Positions 1 through 15,737 of a stretch of DNA of 64,000 bases are shown one piece after another (the first letter of the stretch is position 1; every line of letters begins with the position of its first letter). This DNA comes from Eledone cirrhosa (Eukaryota), in contig OZ024741.1 in assembly GCA_964016885.1 (NCBI GenBank), positions 135,594,001-135,658,000 of the forward strand, written 5' to 3'. A model generated the notes under the pieces. It saw nothing but the letters and a program-made list of their open reading frames with translations, was not told the origin of the DNA and made no database searches. The translations under genes and the position numbers were made by a program.

Positions 1-537
1 GTTACGCGAGCAAATATATAGGTTTTGTCTTAGTAACTTTGTGGTTCAATACAAAGGGATGCAGAACAATTATATGAAAGACGTAAAAGAAGAAAATTAT
101 AGTAATTAACTTACTTACTTAAATTTCACTCAAAATAATTAGTTCTGAAAGGGGATATACATTGTTTTCAAATGGAGATCATGGAGAAGACTTTCTTCAT
201 CAGGGAGTCATTCTCGGCTAAGATTCCTGGCGATGCTTGGACACAGGAAACTTATACAAAATTAATTCAGTGGATGGAAAAGATCAAGCGTGGACTAAAT
301 TCCAAGACATTGAAAAAATCATTGCCTTCCTGGTCGGTGGCAAATTCAAAAGAATCAATCACGTGACATCGAGGTTAACCAGTGAGGAATGGGGTGTTAA
401 AAAGATAAAAGTAAAGTTAATACTATGAACCATAGTAGTAATTTAAGCAAATTTTTGCTCAACAAAATAATTTGGAGGTAATTATAAAGAATTAGTATAT
501 CTAAGAACATATTTATACAGATCTATACTTACGGTAG

Positions 538-603
<66 letters not shown>

Positions 604-607
<4 letters not shown>

Positions 608-3052
608 CACGGGGGTAGCCATTGGTACAATAATGGGCCCGAACTATGCCAACCTTTTTGTTGGCCATGTTGAGGCCAAATCTTTGCCCAGTACACCGGC
701 CCCACGCCCGAACTGTACGGTCGTTACATTGACGACTGTATCGGAGCCACGACCCTCACCCGAGAACAGCTCGATTCCTTTCTCTCCTTCTTCTGCTCCT
801 TCCACCCTTCCCTCCACTTCACCACCTCTATCTCAACCACCCACGTCCACTTCTTAGACATCTCCGTCGCCTTCGACCCCTCCCACCACTCCCTCGTCAC
901 CTCCGCCTTCTTCAAACCCACCGACTCCCACTCTTACCTCGACTTCACCTCTTCCCACCCCACCCACACTAAACACTCCATTCCCTACTTCCAACTTCTC
1001 AGGATCCGCCGCCTCGGTAGCCGAGATGCTGACTTCGAGTCCCAGGCCCTTTCCCTAGTCAGCCATTTCATCCGCAGAGGTTACCCCCCCCTCTCGTCCA
1101 CACCGCTCTCACCCGCGCCCGTGATGTCCACCGCTCCACCACCCTCACCGCACACCCACCCACCGTCTCCCCTTCCCCATCACCTACCACCCCTCCACCT
1201 TACCCCTCCACCGCACCATCCGCCGCCTCTTCCGACGGGATATTCGTCTCTGTGGTAGTTCCCCCATCGCCCGCCACTTTGGTGGCCCTGGACATTCCGC
1301 ACGCCATCTCACAGTCTGTGGCCTACTCCAATGCCACGGAACACCCGCCAATCGCCTTAGAGTCGAACAAAGAACTATCTTCATCTTACAGACCCACACT
1401 CCCCCCGGCCTGAACTCCCCACCCTTATTCCTTTAGCCTTCGACCGCCCCTCTCCCCCACACTTATCCCCCACTAACACCACTAACACACTCCTCCTTTT
1501 CACCGTCCACCCCACAGCTAACAATACTAACACCTCCACTCCACCCCTCATCCGACCACCCTTCCCCAACTAACATACTAACATCCTCCCTTCTTCTCCT
1601 CCTCCTCCTCCTTATCACACGCACACACACACCGGCACATATATACACGCACTCACACTAAACACACACCCTACTACCACCACTAACCCTCACCCCACAT
1701 CTTTCACCCCCACACCTCCATCCCACCACCCCGCAACTAACCTCACTAACACCCCCTGACCCCAAGCACACAAACACACGCACCCACTTACACCACCCAC
1801 CCCACACGCAACTAACATCACTAACACCCCCCAAAGACACGCACACGTACCCACACACCCTCGTACACCACCAACTCTACACACCCTACCACCACTAACC
1901 CCCACTCACACCTGCATTCAACCCTTCCCCACCTCCCGTATACTAACAGCCACTAACACCCATTCATCAAACTACACACACACCAGTACACCACACTCCC
2001 TCCATAGAACTACACACACCCTTCTCTCCCCGCTCCACCCATACCCTCGCTCCACACTCACTCATCCCACTAACACCTCTACTAATACACACACACACAC
2101 ACACACCCTCCTCACTCCAACTTTCACACCTACCCATCCTCGCCCCTTTACCATTCCACCGACTGCTGCTATGCCCTCTGACCACCTCCCAGCACAAACA
2201 GACACACAGCACTCCCACTGCTTGACCACTTCCTGTTGCGCGCGCACCCCACATCTCTCCTCTTCCGAACATCTCTTCATGGAATACTCGTATGTGGAAC
2301 TTGACCACCACAGAATCCACTAAACATCATAGGATTTTACCAACTTTTCAACCATCCTCTTACGGAATCACCTATATAACTCACCCACACACACACCCCA
2401 AAAAATTGTTTTCTCCACACGCCACCTACACCCACAACACGCTTAAACCCCACACACGTGCTTTCCACCACATATTTACACCCTCAGCCTCCTGATTCCT
2501 CTCCCCCCACCCCTCTATCCACACACGCAGAGACACTCCGACCTAACCCCCCCCCACACCTCTTCCTGAACATGCAACCCCGTTCTTCCCCCAACCCTTA
2601 CTTTCACATACACACACACACACACGTACACCTACACGCACACACACCACCTTCAGCCCTCCCCGCTCGGACACCCCGTCTCCCTCTCCCCACTCCACCC
2701 GCCACCACCCCTACACACCCCACACCCTTCCACCACCTGTTTTACTCCCCTTTTAATTTCAGTTTATTTTGATCATGCTTTTATATTTAATATTATTTCA
2801 TTCCTTGTATTTTGATCATGCTTTATTTTTATTTTTATTTTTAATTTCATTCGCACCATTTCTTTTCGCTATATGTCTCTCCACCACTCCCCTACACACC
2901 CTTTGAACTCTGTTCCCACACACTTCTCACCTGAGGAAGGGCTTATGCCCGAAACGTCGTTCCCCACCACCACTCCACTCTCCAGAGCGTGAAATTAATA
3001 AACATTCGTTGTACTGCCTCTCTGTTTTGTTCCTGTTCAAATTTTTCCATTA
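604..3052 (+). mobile_element. Neptune-type Penelope-like retroelement, 5'-truncated and decayed (copy A)
   Basis: Frameshifted RT C-terminal motifs: [55 protein letters not shown]. The GIY-YIG tail (PIARHF...EQRTIFIL...PPGLN) follows an internal deletion near 1238. A C/A-rich 3' UTR of about 1.6 kb ends in an HHR-like motif. Both ends abut (TA)n. Confidence 0.9.
2927..2961 (+). ncRNA. Minimal type I hammerhead-like motif in the Neptune 3' end
   Basis: CTGAGGA-AGGGC-TTAT-GCCC-GAAA-CG-TC; stem I is very short. The same motif is on the minus strand at about 6848-6882. Confidence 0.65.
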
Positions 3053-3204
3053 CATATATATATATATACATATATATATATATGTATGTATATATATATA
3101 GTTGGTGTGTGTGTGCATGCCTGTATACATATCTTTATATTTATTTATATTTTTGTGTATTCAAATAAGATGTATATACAAAAAACCACAACTCATTTTC
3201 TCGC

Positions 3205-3277
<73 letters not shown>

Positions 3278-4014
3278 TGTTTGTGTATGTTTGTGTGAAC
3301 AGAGCGATTCATAGATAGATATTTAGATAGATAAACGGTAAATATTTACTTAAACGTCATCATAAAAATATCAATTGATCTAAGTTCTAAAATCAGATAT
3401 CGATCTGTACACCGTTGCTCACGTTTGTCTGTACTTAGTATCAATGACTAACGGTAAACCCACACTGAGTCATGTAGAAAGATTGCCCTGAAGTGAAATA
3501 TAACAAAACGCCTGTGGCATCACATAAAATTTTGTGTATCTTTGTTTATGTGTATATATTTCCATATGATAATGAGAAAAGTGTATTGTTTCGCTGTCAT
3601 GCTAAATATATGGTGTTCAAGTAGGAAGTTCTCAAACGACAAAGTGGAAAGTGATAGGCAAGGGCTTAAAATAAAACAGAGAGAAATAGGTGTTCATTAC
3701 GCCATCCACGTACCCTTTACCTTTTACTCAACACTGAGTAAATGATTTTCATTCTTGTCGTGCTGCATTCAGCTGCAACCCTATGGAAATGCTGACAATT
3801 TTTACAACGTTGATGCCCAGGAGCATAAAATATTGTTTTGTTCAATAATAATTTTTTGGAGGGGTTCAAATGCATCATCACATTGTCGTATTATTACTCT
3901 TGACGTTTTGGCTGATGCCACTGGGTAGTATCTGATAAAGTAAGGTTCGAAGTATTTAGGCAAGAAGCTAACAGAAGGTTTCATTGTTCGTACTTTTTTT
4001 CCCGATATGTGTAC

Positions 4015-4121
<107 letters not shown>

Positions 4122-4245
4122 AATCAGGAAAGAAGAGTGACACGGTTTGCTATACAAAAAAGGGTTTTAATCTCATTGCTGACAATTGTATCTCTGAACT
4201 GGTAGGTCTATAACTGGACTGCATATAACTATTATTTGTTACCCC

Positions 4246-4299
<54 letters not shown>

Positions 4300-4303
<4 letters not shown>

Positions 4304-5027
4304 GGAAAACATGAAACGAAATTTCATTTCTCACTCTTAGTACGGCTGTTACTTAAATATAAGTATTTATACGTACATACATATATGTATACAGACGTAC
4401 AATAGTATGTATATATATATACATACATGCACACATATATATATATATATATGTATGTATGGATTTACCGAACATTTATTATAATGCTCGGTTTGTTTGT
4501 AAACAAACATCCCGAATTAAGCCGTACAGTATTTAGCCCCCATCGTTGCCCTTTTGTTCAACACTGACAAAGGAACGATGTACTAGTTTCAAGCTTATTA
4601 GCTATCGTCAGCACCGTATACCTTCCTGCCAGATGATTGAACGTCTGAAAGTATTTATCGTTTATCGTTTTCGGTACGCCCGGCCGATTAACTCACTCGA
4701 TATGCAAATTAGGCTGCTCAGCCGTTAATATGCATAAGGAGAGTATATACTTTCAGACGTTCAATCATCTGGCAGGAAGGTATACGGTGCTGACGATAGC
4801 TAATAAGCTTGAAACTAGTACATCGTTCCTTTCTCAGTGTTGAACAAAAGGGCAAGGATGGTTGCTAAACATTGTACGGCTTAATTCGGGATGTTTGTTT
4901 ACAAACAAACCGAGCATTATAATAGATGTTCGGTAAATCCATACGTACATATATATATGTGTGCCTGTATGTATATATATACATACTACTGTACGTCTGT
5001 ATACATATATGTGTGTATGTATACATA

Positions 5028-5030
<3 letters not shown>
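4300..5030. mobile_element. Dispersed, diverged fold-back copy of the 472-bp HHR element
   Basis: Two inverted arms homologous to the 25481-31319 unit. HHR on + at about 4784-4827 (acggtg CTGACGA tagctaataagctt GAAA ctag TA catcgt) and on - at about 4575-4618. Flanked by (TA)n. Confidence 0.88.
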
Positions 5031-6184
<1,154 letters not shown>

Positions 6185-6346
6185 TGTAGGTATATTGCGG
6201 TGCTTGTGAAAATGGGAGAGAGAAAGGGAGAATTAAAAAAGTAGCAATCCCAGTATCAATTCAACTTCAGATTAGATTTGATCATATATTTTGATGTATG
6301 TGACCACAAATATGTTTTGTAAACACACACAAACTCTCTCTCTCTC

Positions 6347-6383
<37 letters not shown>

Positions 6384-6385
<2 letters not shown>

Positions 6386-6577
6386 CGAAGGAAATGTGGT
6401 AAGGAACCAGGTGGACCATAACGCACCAAAGTACTCAATACTTAGGGTAGTAGAGTGGGTAATAGGAATGAGTAGGACCCCGACAGCTGAGCTCAAGCCG
6501 TTTCGACGGCTAATTCTGGACGCAGAATTAGCCGTCGAAACGGCTTGAGCTCAGCCATCGGGGTCCTACCCGTTCCT
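6384..6577. mobile_element. Fold-back 3' end of the Naiad-type family seen at 60149-61787
   Basis: Inverted arms of about 55 bp plus an 80-bp extension. The same sequence occurs at 49345-49549 and at both ends of 60149-61787. Confidence 0.8.
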
Positions 6578-6640
6578 ATATATATATATATTTATATATA
6601 TATATTTATATATATCTATATATATATGTATATATATATA

Positions 6641-6698
<58 letters not shown>

Positions 6699-6756
6699 TA
6701 TATATATGTATGTATGTATATATTTGTACTTATATATATATATATATATATGTATA

Positions 6757-9731
6757 TAATGGAAAAATTTGAACAGGGACAAAACAGAGAGGCAGTACAA
6801 CGAATTTTTATTAATTTCACGCTCTGGAGTGTGGGGTGTTGGTGGGGGACGACGTTTCGGGCATAAGCCCTTCCTCAGGTGAGAAGTGTGTGGGAACAGA
6901 GTTCAAAGGGTGTGTAGGGGAGTGGTGGAGAAACATATAGCGAAAGGAAACGGTGCGAATGAAAAAATAAAAATAAAGATAAAAATAAAAATAAAGCATG
7001 ATCAAAATACAAGGAATGAAATAAATTTAAATATAAAAGCATGATCAAAATAAACTGAAATTAAAAGGGGGGTAAAACAGGTGGTGGAAGGGTGTGGGGT
7101 GTGTAGGGGCTGGGGGCGGGTGGAGTGGGGAGAGGGAGACGGGTGTCCGAGCGGGGAGAGCTGAAGGTGGTGTGTGTGTGTAGGTGTACGTGTGTGTGTG
7201 TGTATGTGAAAGTAAGGGTTGGGGGAAGAACGGGATTGCATGTTCAGGAAGAGGTGTGTGTGTGTGGGGCGGGGTCGGAGTGTCTGTGCGTGTGTGGATA
7301 GAGGGGTGGGGGAGAGGAATCAGGAGGCTGAGGGTGTAAATATGTGGTGGAAAGCACGTGTGTGTGGGGTTTAAGCGTGTTGTGGGTGTAGGTGGCGTGT
7401 GGAGAAAAAAATGTTTTTGAGGTGTGTGTGTGGGTGAGTTATATAGGTTATTACGTAAGAGGATGGTTGAAAAGTAGGTAAATTCCAAAGATGTTTCGTG
7501 GATTCTGTGTTGGTCAATTTCTGCGTGTGGGTATTCCATGAAGCGATTGGTCGGAAGAGGAGAGATGTGGGGTGCGCGCGCAACAGGAAGCGGTCAAGCA
7601 GTCGGAGTGCTGTGTGTCTGTTTGTGCTGGGAGGTGGTCAGAGGGCATAGCAGCAGTCGGTCGAATGGTAAAGGAGCGGGGATGGGTAGGTGTGAAAGCT
7701 GGAGTGAGGAGGGTGTGTGTGTGTGTATTAGTAGAGGTGTTAGTGGGATGAGTGAGTGTGGAGCGAGGGTGTGGGTGGAGCGGGGAGAGAAGGGTGTGTG
7801 TGGTTCTATGGAGGGAGTGTGGTGTACTGGTGTGTGTGTAGTTTGATGAAGAGGTGTTAGTGGGTGTTAGTATACGGGAGGTGGGGAGGGGTTGAATGCA
7901 GGTGTGAGTGGGAGTTAGTGGTGGTAGGGTGCGTAGAGTTGGTGGTGTACGAGGGTGTGTGGGTACGTGTGCGTGGGCTTTGGGGGGTGTTAGTGATGTT
8001 AGTTGCGTGTGGGGTGGGTGGTGTAAGTGGGTGCGTGTGTTCGTGTGCTTGGGGTTAGGAGTCTTAGTGAGGTTAGTTGCGGGGTGGTGAGATGGAGGTG
8101 TGGGGGTGAGAGATGTGGGGGTGAGGGTTAGTGGTGGTAGTAGGGTGTGTGTTTAGTGTGAGCGCGTGTATATATGTGCTGGTGGGTGTGTGCGTGTGAT
8201 AAGGAGGGGGGAGGAGGAGAAGAAGGGAGGGATGTTAGTATGTTAGTTGGGGAAGGGTGGTCAGATGAGGGGTGGAGTGGAGGTGTTAGTATTGTTAGTT
8301 GTGGGGTGGGCGGTGAAAAGGAGGGGTGTGTTAGTGGTGTAAGTGTGGGGGGAGGGGGGCGGTCGAAGGCTAAAGGAATAAGGGTGGGGAGTTCAGGCCG
8401 GGAGGAGTGTGGATCTGTAAGATGAAGATAGTTCGTTGTTCGACCGTAAGGCGATTGGCAGGTGTTCCGTGGCACTGGAGTAGGCCACAGATTGTGAGAT
8501 TGCGTGCGGAATGTCCAGGGCCACCAAAGTGGCGGGCGATGGGGGAACTACCCCCGAGACGAATATTCCGGAGGTGCTCCGTGAATCGGTCCGCCAGGCG
8601 ACGTCCCGTCTGTCTGACATAAGTCGGTAGACTAGGTTGGAGGAGGTGCAGCGGAAAGCAAGCCGGACAGAGAGCGAGTGGCCGTTGGGACCCTGGAAGG
8701 TGGTGGTGTTGGTGATGTGGGGACAGGTGTTGCAGCGGGGCCTAGAACAGGGAAAGGAACCGGGGGGGGCAGGGAGCTGTGGACGAGGAGGGTGCGGAGA
8801 TTGCGTGCGTGTTTGAAGGAGGGGAGTGGTGGGGTTGGGAAGATGTGGGAGGAGGAGGGGTCGGACTGGAGGCGTCGGAAGAGGCGGCGGTTGGTGCGGG
8901 TGGAGGGGTGGTAGGTGATGGGGAAGGGGAGACGGTGGGTGGGTGTGCGATGGCGTGGGGTGAGGGTGGTGGAGTGGGGGACAGCATGGGCGCGGGTGAG
9001 AGCGGTGTGGACGAGAGAGGGTGGTGGTGGTGGTGGTGGGGGGGGGGTAACCTCTGCGGATGAAATGGCTGACTAGGGAAAGGGCCTGGGACTCAAAGTC
9101 AGCATCTCGGCTATAGAGGCGGCGGATCCTGAGAAGTTGGGAGTAGGGAATGGAGTGTTTAGTGTGGGAAGAGGTGAAGTAGAGGTAAGAGTGGGAGTCG
9201 GTGGGTTTGAAGAAGGTGGAGGTGATGAGGGAGTGGTGGGAGGGGTCGAAGGCGACGGAGATGTCTAAGAAGTGGACGTGGGTGGTGGAGATAGAGGTGG
9301 TGAAGTGGAGGGAGGGGTGGAAGGAGCAGAAGAAGGAGAGAAAGGAGTCGAGCTGTTCTCGGGTGAGGGTCGTGGCTCCGATACAGTCGTCATGTAACGA
9401 CCGTACAGTTCGGGCGTGGGGCCGGTGTACTGGGCAAAGATTTGGCCTCAACATGGCCAACAAAAAGGTTGGCATAGTTCGGGCCCATTCTTTTACCTAT
9501 GGCTACCCCCGTGACCTGTTGGTAAAACTCACCCGAGAAGCAGAAACAATTCAGGATGAGGACCAGCTCGGCGAGGCGATGGAGGGTGGGGGTGGAGGGA
9601 ATGGGGGAGGGGCGAAGGTCGACGTAGTGTTTGAGGGCGCGTAGGCCGTCGGCGTGGGGGATGACGGTGTAGAGGGACTTGATGTCTAGGGTGAAGAGGA
9701 AGAACTGTGGGCCGGGTGGGTAGGTGAAGGA

Positions 9732-9733
<2 letters not shown>
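6757..9733 (-). mobile_element. Neptune-type Penelope-like retroelement, decayed (copy B)
   Basis: Reverse-complement homolog of 604-3052. It retains the linker Zn motif (FPCSRPRCNTC) and GIY-YIG remnants (FRCTSSNLVY...RRLADRFTEHL). Frameshifts include one in the YIDD motif. Confidence 0.92.
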
Positions 9734-9768
<35 letters not shown>

Positions 9769-9834
9769 TATATATATGTATGTATGTATATATTTGTACT
9801 TATATATATGTATATATGTATATATATATATCTG

Positions 9835-9902
<68 letters not shown>

Positions 9903-10074
9903 TATATATATGTATGTATGTATATATTTGTACTTATATATATATATATATGTATATATATATCTATATGTATGTATATCTATATTTCTCTTTATATATA
10001 TATGTGTATGTATATCTATATATCTCTCTCTCTGTATATATATATATATAAATATATATATATATCTATATATA

Positions 10075-10151
<77 letters not shown>

Positions 10152-10179
10152 TTATATATATATGTATATATATATATAC

Positions 10180-10257
<78 letters not shown>

Positions 10258-10586
10258 GTACGTATGTATATATTTGTACTTATATATATATATGATTTAT
10301 GTATATATCTATATATCTATATGTATGTATATCAATATATCTCTCTCTCTCTATATATATATATGTGTATGTGTGTGTGTGTATGTGTGGTGTGTGTATG
10401 TGTGTGTGTGTGTGGTGTCTATGTGTGTGTGCAAAGTAAACAAAACAGCATTATTAATGACAGTCGACAGTTTCGAGAAAACTATGTGATCGCGTGACGA
10501 ACAATTGTTTAGATTTAATGAGTCTTGTTCACTGCTGGCCATGTCAGTCGCTGATGTATGTAGTCTGATCTACTGGAATGCAACAG

Positions 10587-10722
10587 TCGGCTGTGTGGTT
10601 AATACATCTGGTGGCCATTTGGTTAATACATCTGGTAGCTCTGTGGTTAAATATCTGGTGGCTGTGTGTTCAACATATCTGGTGGCTGTGTGATTAGTAC
10701 ATCTGGTTACAGTGTGCTTGGT
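10587..10722. repeat. Minisatellite, about 22-bp unit, about 6 copies
   Basis: Imperfect tandem of ggctgtgtggttaatacatctggt. Confidence 0.8.
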
Positions 10723-11056
10723 ACAACTGATACCTATTTGATAAGTACTACTGCTGGCCGTTCCGTTACTGAAAGTGGTGGTCGTTCGATTTTGATGATT
10801 TTTATAAGAGAAATCCTGCTGCTTGCTATCCTGGGAAAGTGTATTGAACTGTTTTCTGCCATTTAAAAAAGATCTGTCACCACCCCACCCCCACATACAA
10901 ATACATACATCCATACATATACACACACATGCATTTACATACCCATGTGCGAATGCACGTCTCTGATTATTCTTAATACCTTATGCCACCATAACCTAGC
11001 GGTTCGACAAATGAAGATCAATGAATTAAGTCCAAACTAAAAATACTGCAGTGGAC

Positions 11057-11105
<49 letters not shown>

Positions 11106-11117
11106 AAATATAACCTC

Positions 11118-11183
<66 letters not shown>

Positions 11184-11185
<2 letters not shown>

Positions 11186-12800
11186 AATTATATGAATCAA
11201 AGTTCAGTTTAAATCATTTATTTGCTTACAATTGTTTCCTCCAAACCGAGGTTTGGGTTATTCGGAGCAACTATTTAGTGATTTTTACATACTTGACCCC
11301 CTTTTCAACACAAGAGACATATAAAAAACATATGTATACATTGACCACCTAATAAACTGTAGGCACTGAATTGGTTGTGCTAACATTATCCTGTGCATGG
11401 CGTGCCACCATAGGATAGATAGATGATTAAGTAATTAATTCATTAATAGGGCTATATGTCCTGTATGCTGAATACAATGATTTATGTACAGACGATATAT
11501 GAGTTTTGAGTATAGGTGTGGCTTGATGGCCAGATTAGTGTCTTTGTATGAGAGAATTGACCTCTGGACCACACTGGTAATATTTAACTTGACCAAGCAT
11601 TCAGACATACAATGACCCGGAGCTTACCGGGAGTCATATATAGTAATAAGACCCTGCCAGGTTCTGCGGGTGGACTACAATTACAAAGATCTGGAGGTCT
11701 GACTCTTCTTGTAGAATGTTCGGTTGTGGCACTCCATGATAGAAAGTAATCATCCTGATACGAACACCTTTAGTACTTCTTAATAGACTACACTGTAATT
11801 TATAGATAAGATACTTACATTTAGAAGTTGTTTATAACCTGATAAAAGAGACTCATCTCAAACACCATTAATACACTTTAGAATAATAAATTTAACTATG
11901 AAAATCAGCCAGTTACCTCCCCTTACGAATTAACTCCCCTTAATCACACACACACTTCCGGAATATAATACAATGTCATCTCTCACAACATAAGCAGCCT
12001 GATCTATGAATCGAAGTATATCATGGTTCAACGGACACCCAATGTCGAATCATCATGGATTGTATAATGGACATGTAGTATATAAATTGCGTTTCCTGGA
12101 TTGTGTGAGTGGTGGTGGGTGCGAGGACAGTGGTGCTGTTTTGCTTCTCATGTGTTACATTTGTTATATTTTTGGTGTTTCTCTACAAACGGGCTTACAC
12201 GTATATATCGTACAGGTGTGTGTGAAAAATGCTTTAACAATACAGACCCCATGATGCTATTGATTGCCTGCTTTAACTGCTTGTTTTACATGTATCAATC
12301 TGCCGCACTATAATACTGTATAAATAAGACACGCGTGCATGCCACACGTGAGGATGTTTCGTACACTGACTACTCTAAACTTTCCTCTTGCTTTATCTTC
12401 ATAAACTGCCAATGTTTTATTTTTATTTTTATTTATTTTAATTTTAATTTTAACTTTAATTTTGTCTTTTAATATGAATGTATGTAAATCACCATATTAT
12501 TATATTATTATGATGGATGTCAACCCACTGTGGGTCAATATATACATATGTTTTTATATGTCTCTTGTGTTGAAAAGGAGGTCAAGTATGTAAAAATCAC
12601 TAAATAGTTGCTCCGAAGAACCCAAACCTCGGTTTGGAGGAAACAATTGTAAGCAAATAAATGATTTAAACTGAACTTTGATTCATATAATTTCTATATA
12701 ACTACTCTGTAAAACAACTGATGTTATTACATTGAGCTATTTATCTTACTGGTAATAGGATAGTAATGAATTAGTGTCTTCCACTATTTAGGGTTTAAAA
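11184..12800 (+). mobile_element. Old PLE remnant with inverted terminal arms
   Basis: 11184-11346 is the reverse complement of about 12533-12695. The interior has weak GIY-YIG-like traces (about 11610-11900). An HHR variant is present in the arms. Confidence 0.7.
12608..12656 (+). ncRNA. Type I hammerhead variant with CCGANGA core
   Basis: Stem I ttgct/agcaa; core CCGAAGA; stem II ccaaacc-tc-ggtttgg; GAAA; palindromic ACAATTGT; A at the cleavage position. Confidence 0.7.
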
Positions 12801-12879
12801 TATATAACTATATAAGGTTTTATTATATACATAACCATAAATAGTATCCTTAATACTATATATATATATATATATAATA

Positions 12880-13152
12880 TATAAGATCAAAAGATGGTTA
12901 AAAGAGTTCCATGTATTTTATTATGCGCATTTCAAAAACAAATATCATCATGCGATGACATTTGCGTTTTCGTCAGATAAAATAGGGAGACATGATATGA
13001 AGGTTAAAAAACACTTGTGAATAGTGCAGTTTTAAATCAACATATCAATATATCTTATATATTATTTATGCTCCAGTCCTACAAACTGTAGAGTGCTACT
13101 TATCCGATATCTGCATTGCTTTATTGTACTACAATAAAACTCACCTCCTACA
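12880..13152. mobile_element. Solo inverted terminal fragment of the Naiad-type family at 15601-18560
   Basis: Minus-strand 3' end with HHR (CTGACGA...GAAA TGCGCA TA) joined to the plus-strand tail ending ctcacctcctaca(TA)n. Confidence 0.85.
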
Positions 13153-13303
13153 TATATATATATATATATGCAGAGGTTATATTTAATTTGTTGGGATTCA
13201 ACAAGCTTAAACATTTTTTTATAACTGATATAAAGCACTCAACAGTTTAGTGGAGTAAATATAAAATATATTAAAAATGAAACTATATTTATAAAACCAT
13301 AAT

Positions 13304-13369
13304 TATTTTATTATATATATTTCAAGGGCAACCAAGGTAAATTATGGTGCGCTTTCATCAGATAAAATA
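13304..13369 (-). ncRNA. Minimal type I hammerhead ribozyme
   Basis: On minus: tattttat CTGATGA aagcgcacca...tggttgccctt GAAA tatata TA ataaaata. Related to 49126-49184. Confidence 0.8.
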
Positions 13370-13457
13370 CAGATTTGTTTTATAAATAAATATTGACATA
13401 CCCGGAAAAAAGACAACCTCAACGGTTGAAATTCGCTGGATAGTGAATTTCAACCGT

Positions 13458-13604
<147 letters not shown>

Positions 13605-13639
13605 ACGGTTGAAATTCACTATCCACACATATATATATA

Positions 13640-14601
<962 letters not shown>

Positions 14602-14637
14602 AACTGCTCATAGAACTCATATTCAATATTTAACAAC

Positions 14638-14676
<39 letters not shown>

Positions 14677-14844
14677 CGAACTGCTCATAGAACTCATATT
14701 CAATATTTAACATCTAATAGTTGATAAGATTGTTATACCAATCGAAACCGGTTGTATTTAATGCAACAATTTAAAAATGATTCATTATGGAGGATTAAAG
14801 AAAAATAATCTTAAGATATACTGCTGAGCATTTCCATCTTCACT

Positions 14845-14873
<29 letters not shown>

Positions 14874-14875
<2 letters not shown>

Positions 14876-15530
14876 AATATAAGTCTGCATGTATGTATAC
14901 ATATATATATGCACGTATCGGTTTACCGAACATTTATTATAATGCTCGGTTTGTTTGTAAACAAACAAACAGCCCGAATTACGCCGTCCACGTCACCTTT
15001 TTGTTCAAAACTGACACAGGAACGATGTACTAGTTTCAAATTTATTAGCTATCGTCAGTATCGTAAACCTTCCTGCCAGATGGTTGAACATCTGAAAGTA
15101 TATACTTTCCTTATGCATATTAACCGCTGAGCAGCCTAATTTGCATATCGAGTGAGTTTAGTCGGCTGGGCTCACCGAAAACCATAAATGGAATAGAATG
15201 AAACGAAATTTCATTTCTCACTCTTAGTACGGCAGTTACTTAAATGTAAGTATTCCTGTGTCAGTGTTGAACAAAAAGGTGACGTGGTTGCCTAAACACT
15301 GTACAGCGTAATTCGGGCTGTTTGTTTGTTTACAAACAAACAAACCAAGCATTATAATAAATGTTCGGTAAACTGATACGTGCATATATATATGTGTGCA
15401 TGTAAGTATATATATACATACTACTGTACGTCTGTATACATATATGTATGTACGTATACATACATGCATACTTACATTTAAGTAACTGCCGTACTAAGAG
15501 TGATAAATGAAATTTCGTTTCATTCTATTC
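14874..15530. mobile_element. Second dispersed fold-back copy of the 472-bp HHR element
   Basis: Inverted arms with an HHR on - at about 15021-15064. The left arm reads through the head-to-tail unit junction at about 15180-15195. Confidence 0.85.
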
Positions 15531-15553
15531 TCTCTCTCTCTCTATATATATAT

Positions 15554-15604
<51 letters not shown>

Positions 15605-15737
15605 GTAGGAGGTGAGTTTTATTGTAGTACAATAAAACAATGCAGATATCGGATAAGAAGCACTCTACAGTTTGTAGGACTGGAGTATACATAATATAAG
15701 ATCAAAAGATGGTTAAAGGAGTTCCATTTATTTTATT

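Noticed and set aside
172-428. Short ORFs and a CTGATGA on the minus strand near 195
   Set aside because: No recognisable protein motif, and I could not build convincing stems I-III for a hammerhead.
8393-9475. 360-aa ORF as a functional gene
   Set aside because: It is a frameshifted mosaic of Neptune RT and endonuclease frames with a broken YIDD motif.
9724-10497. Long YI, CV and HT-rich ORFs here and at 44914-45501, 47926-48448 and elsewhere
   Set aside because: They are translations of (TA)n and (CA)n microsatellites.
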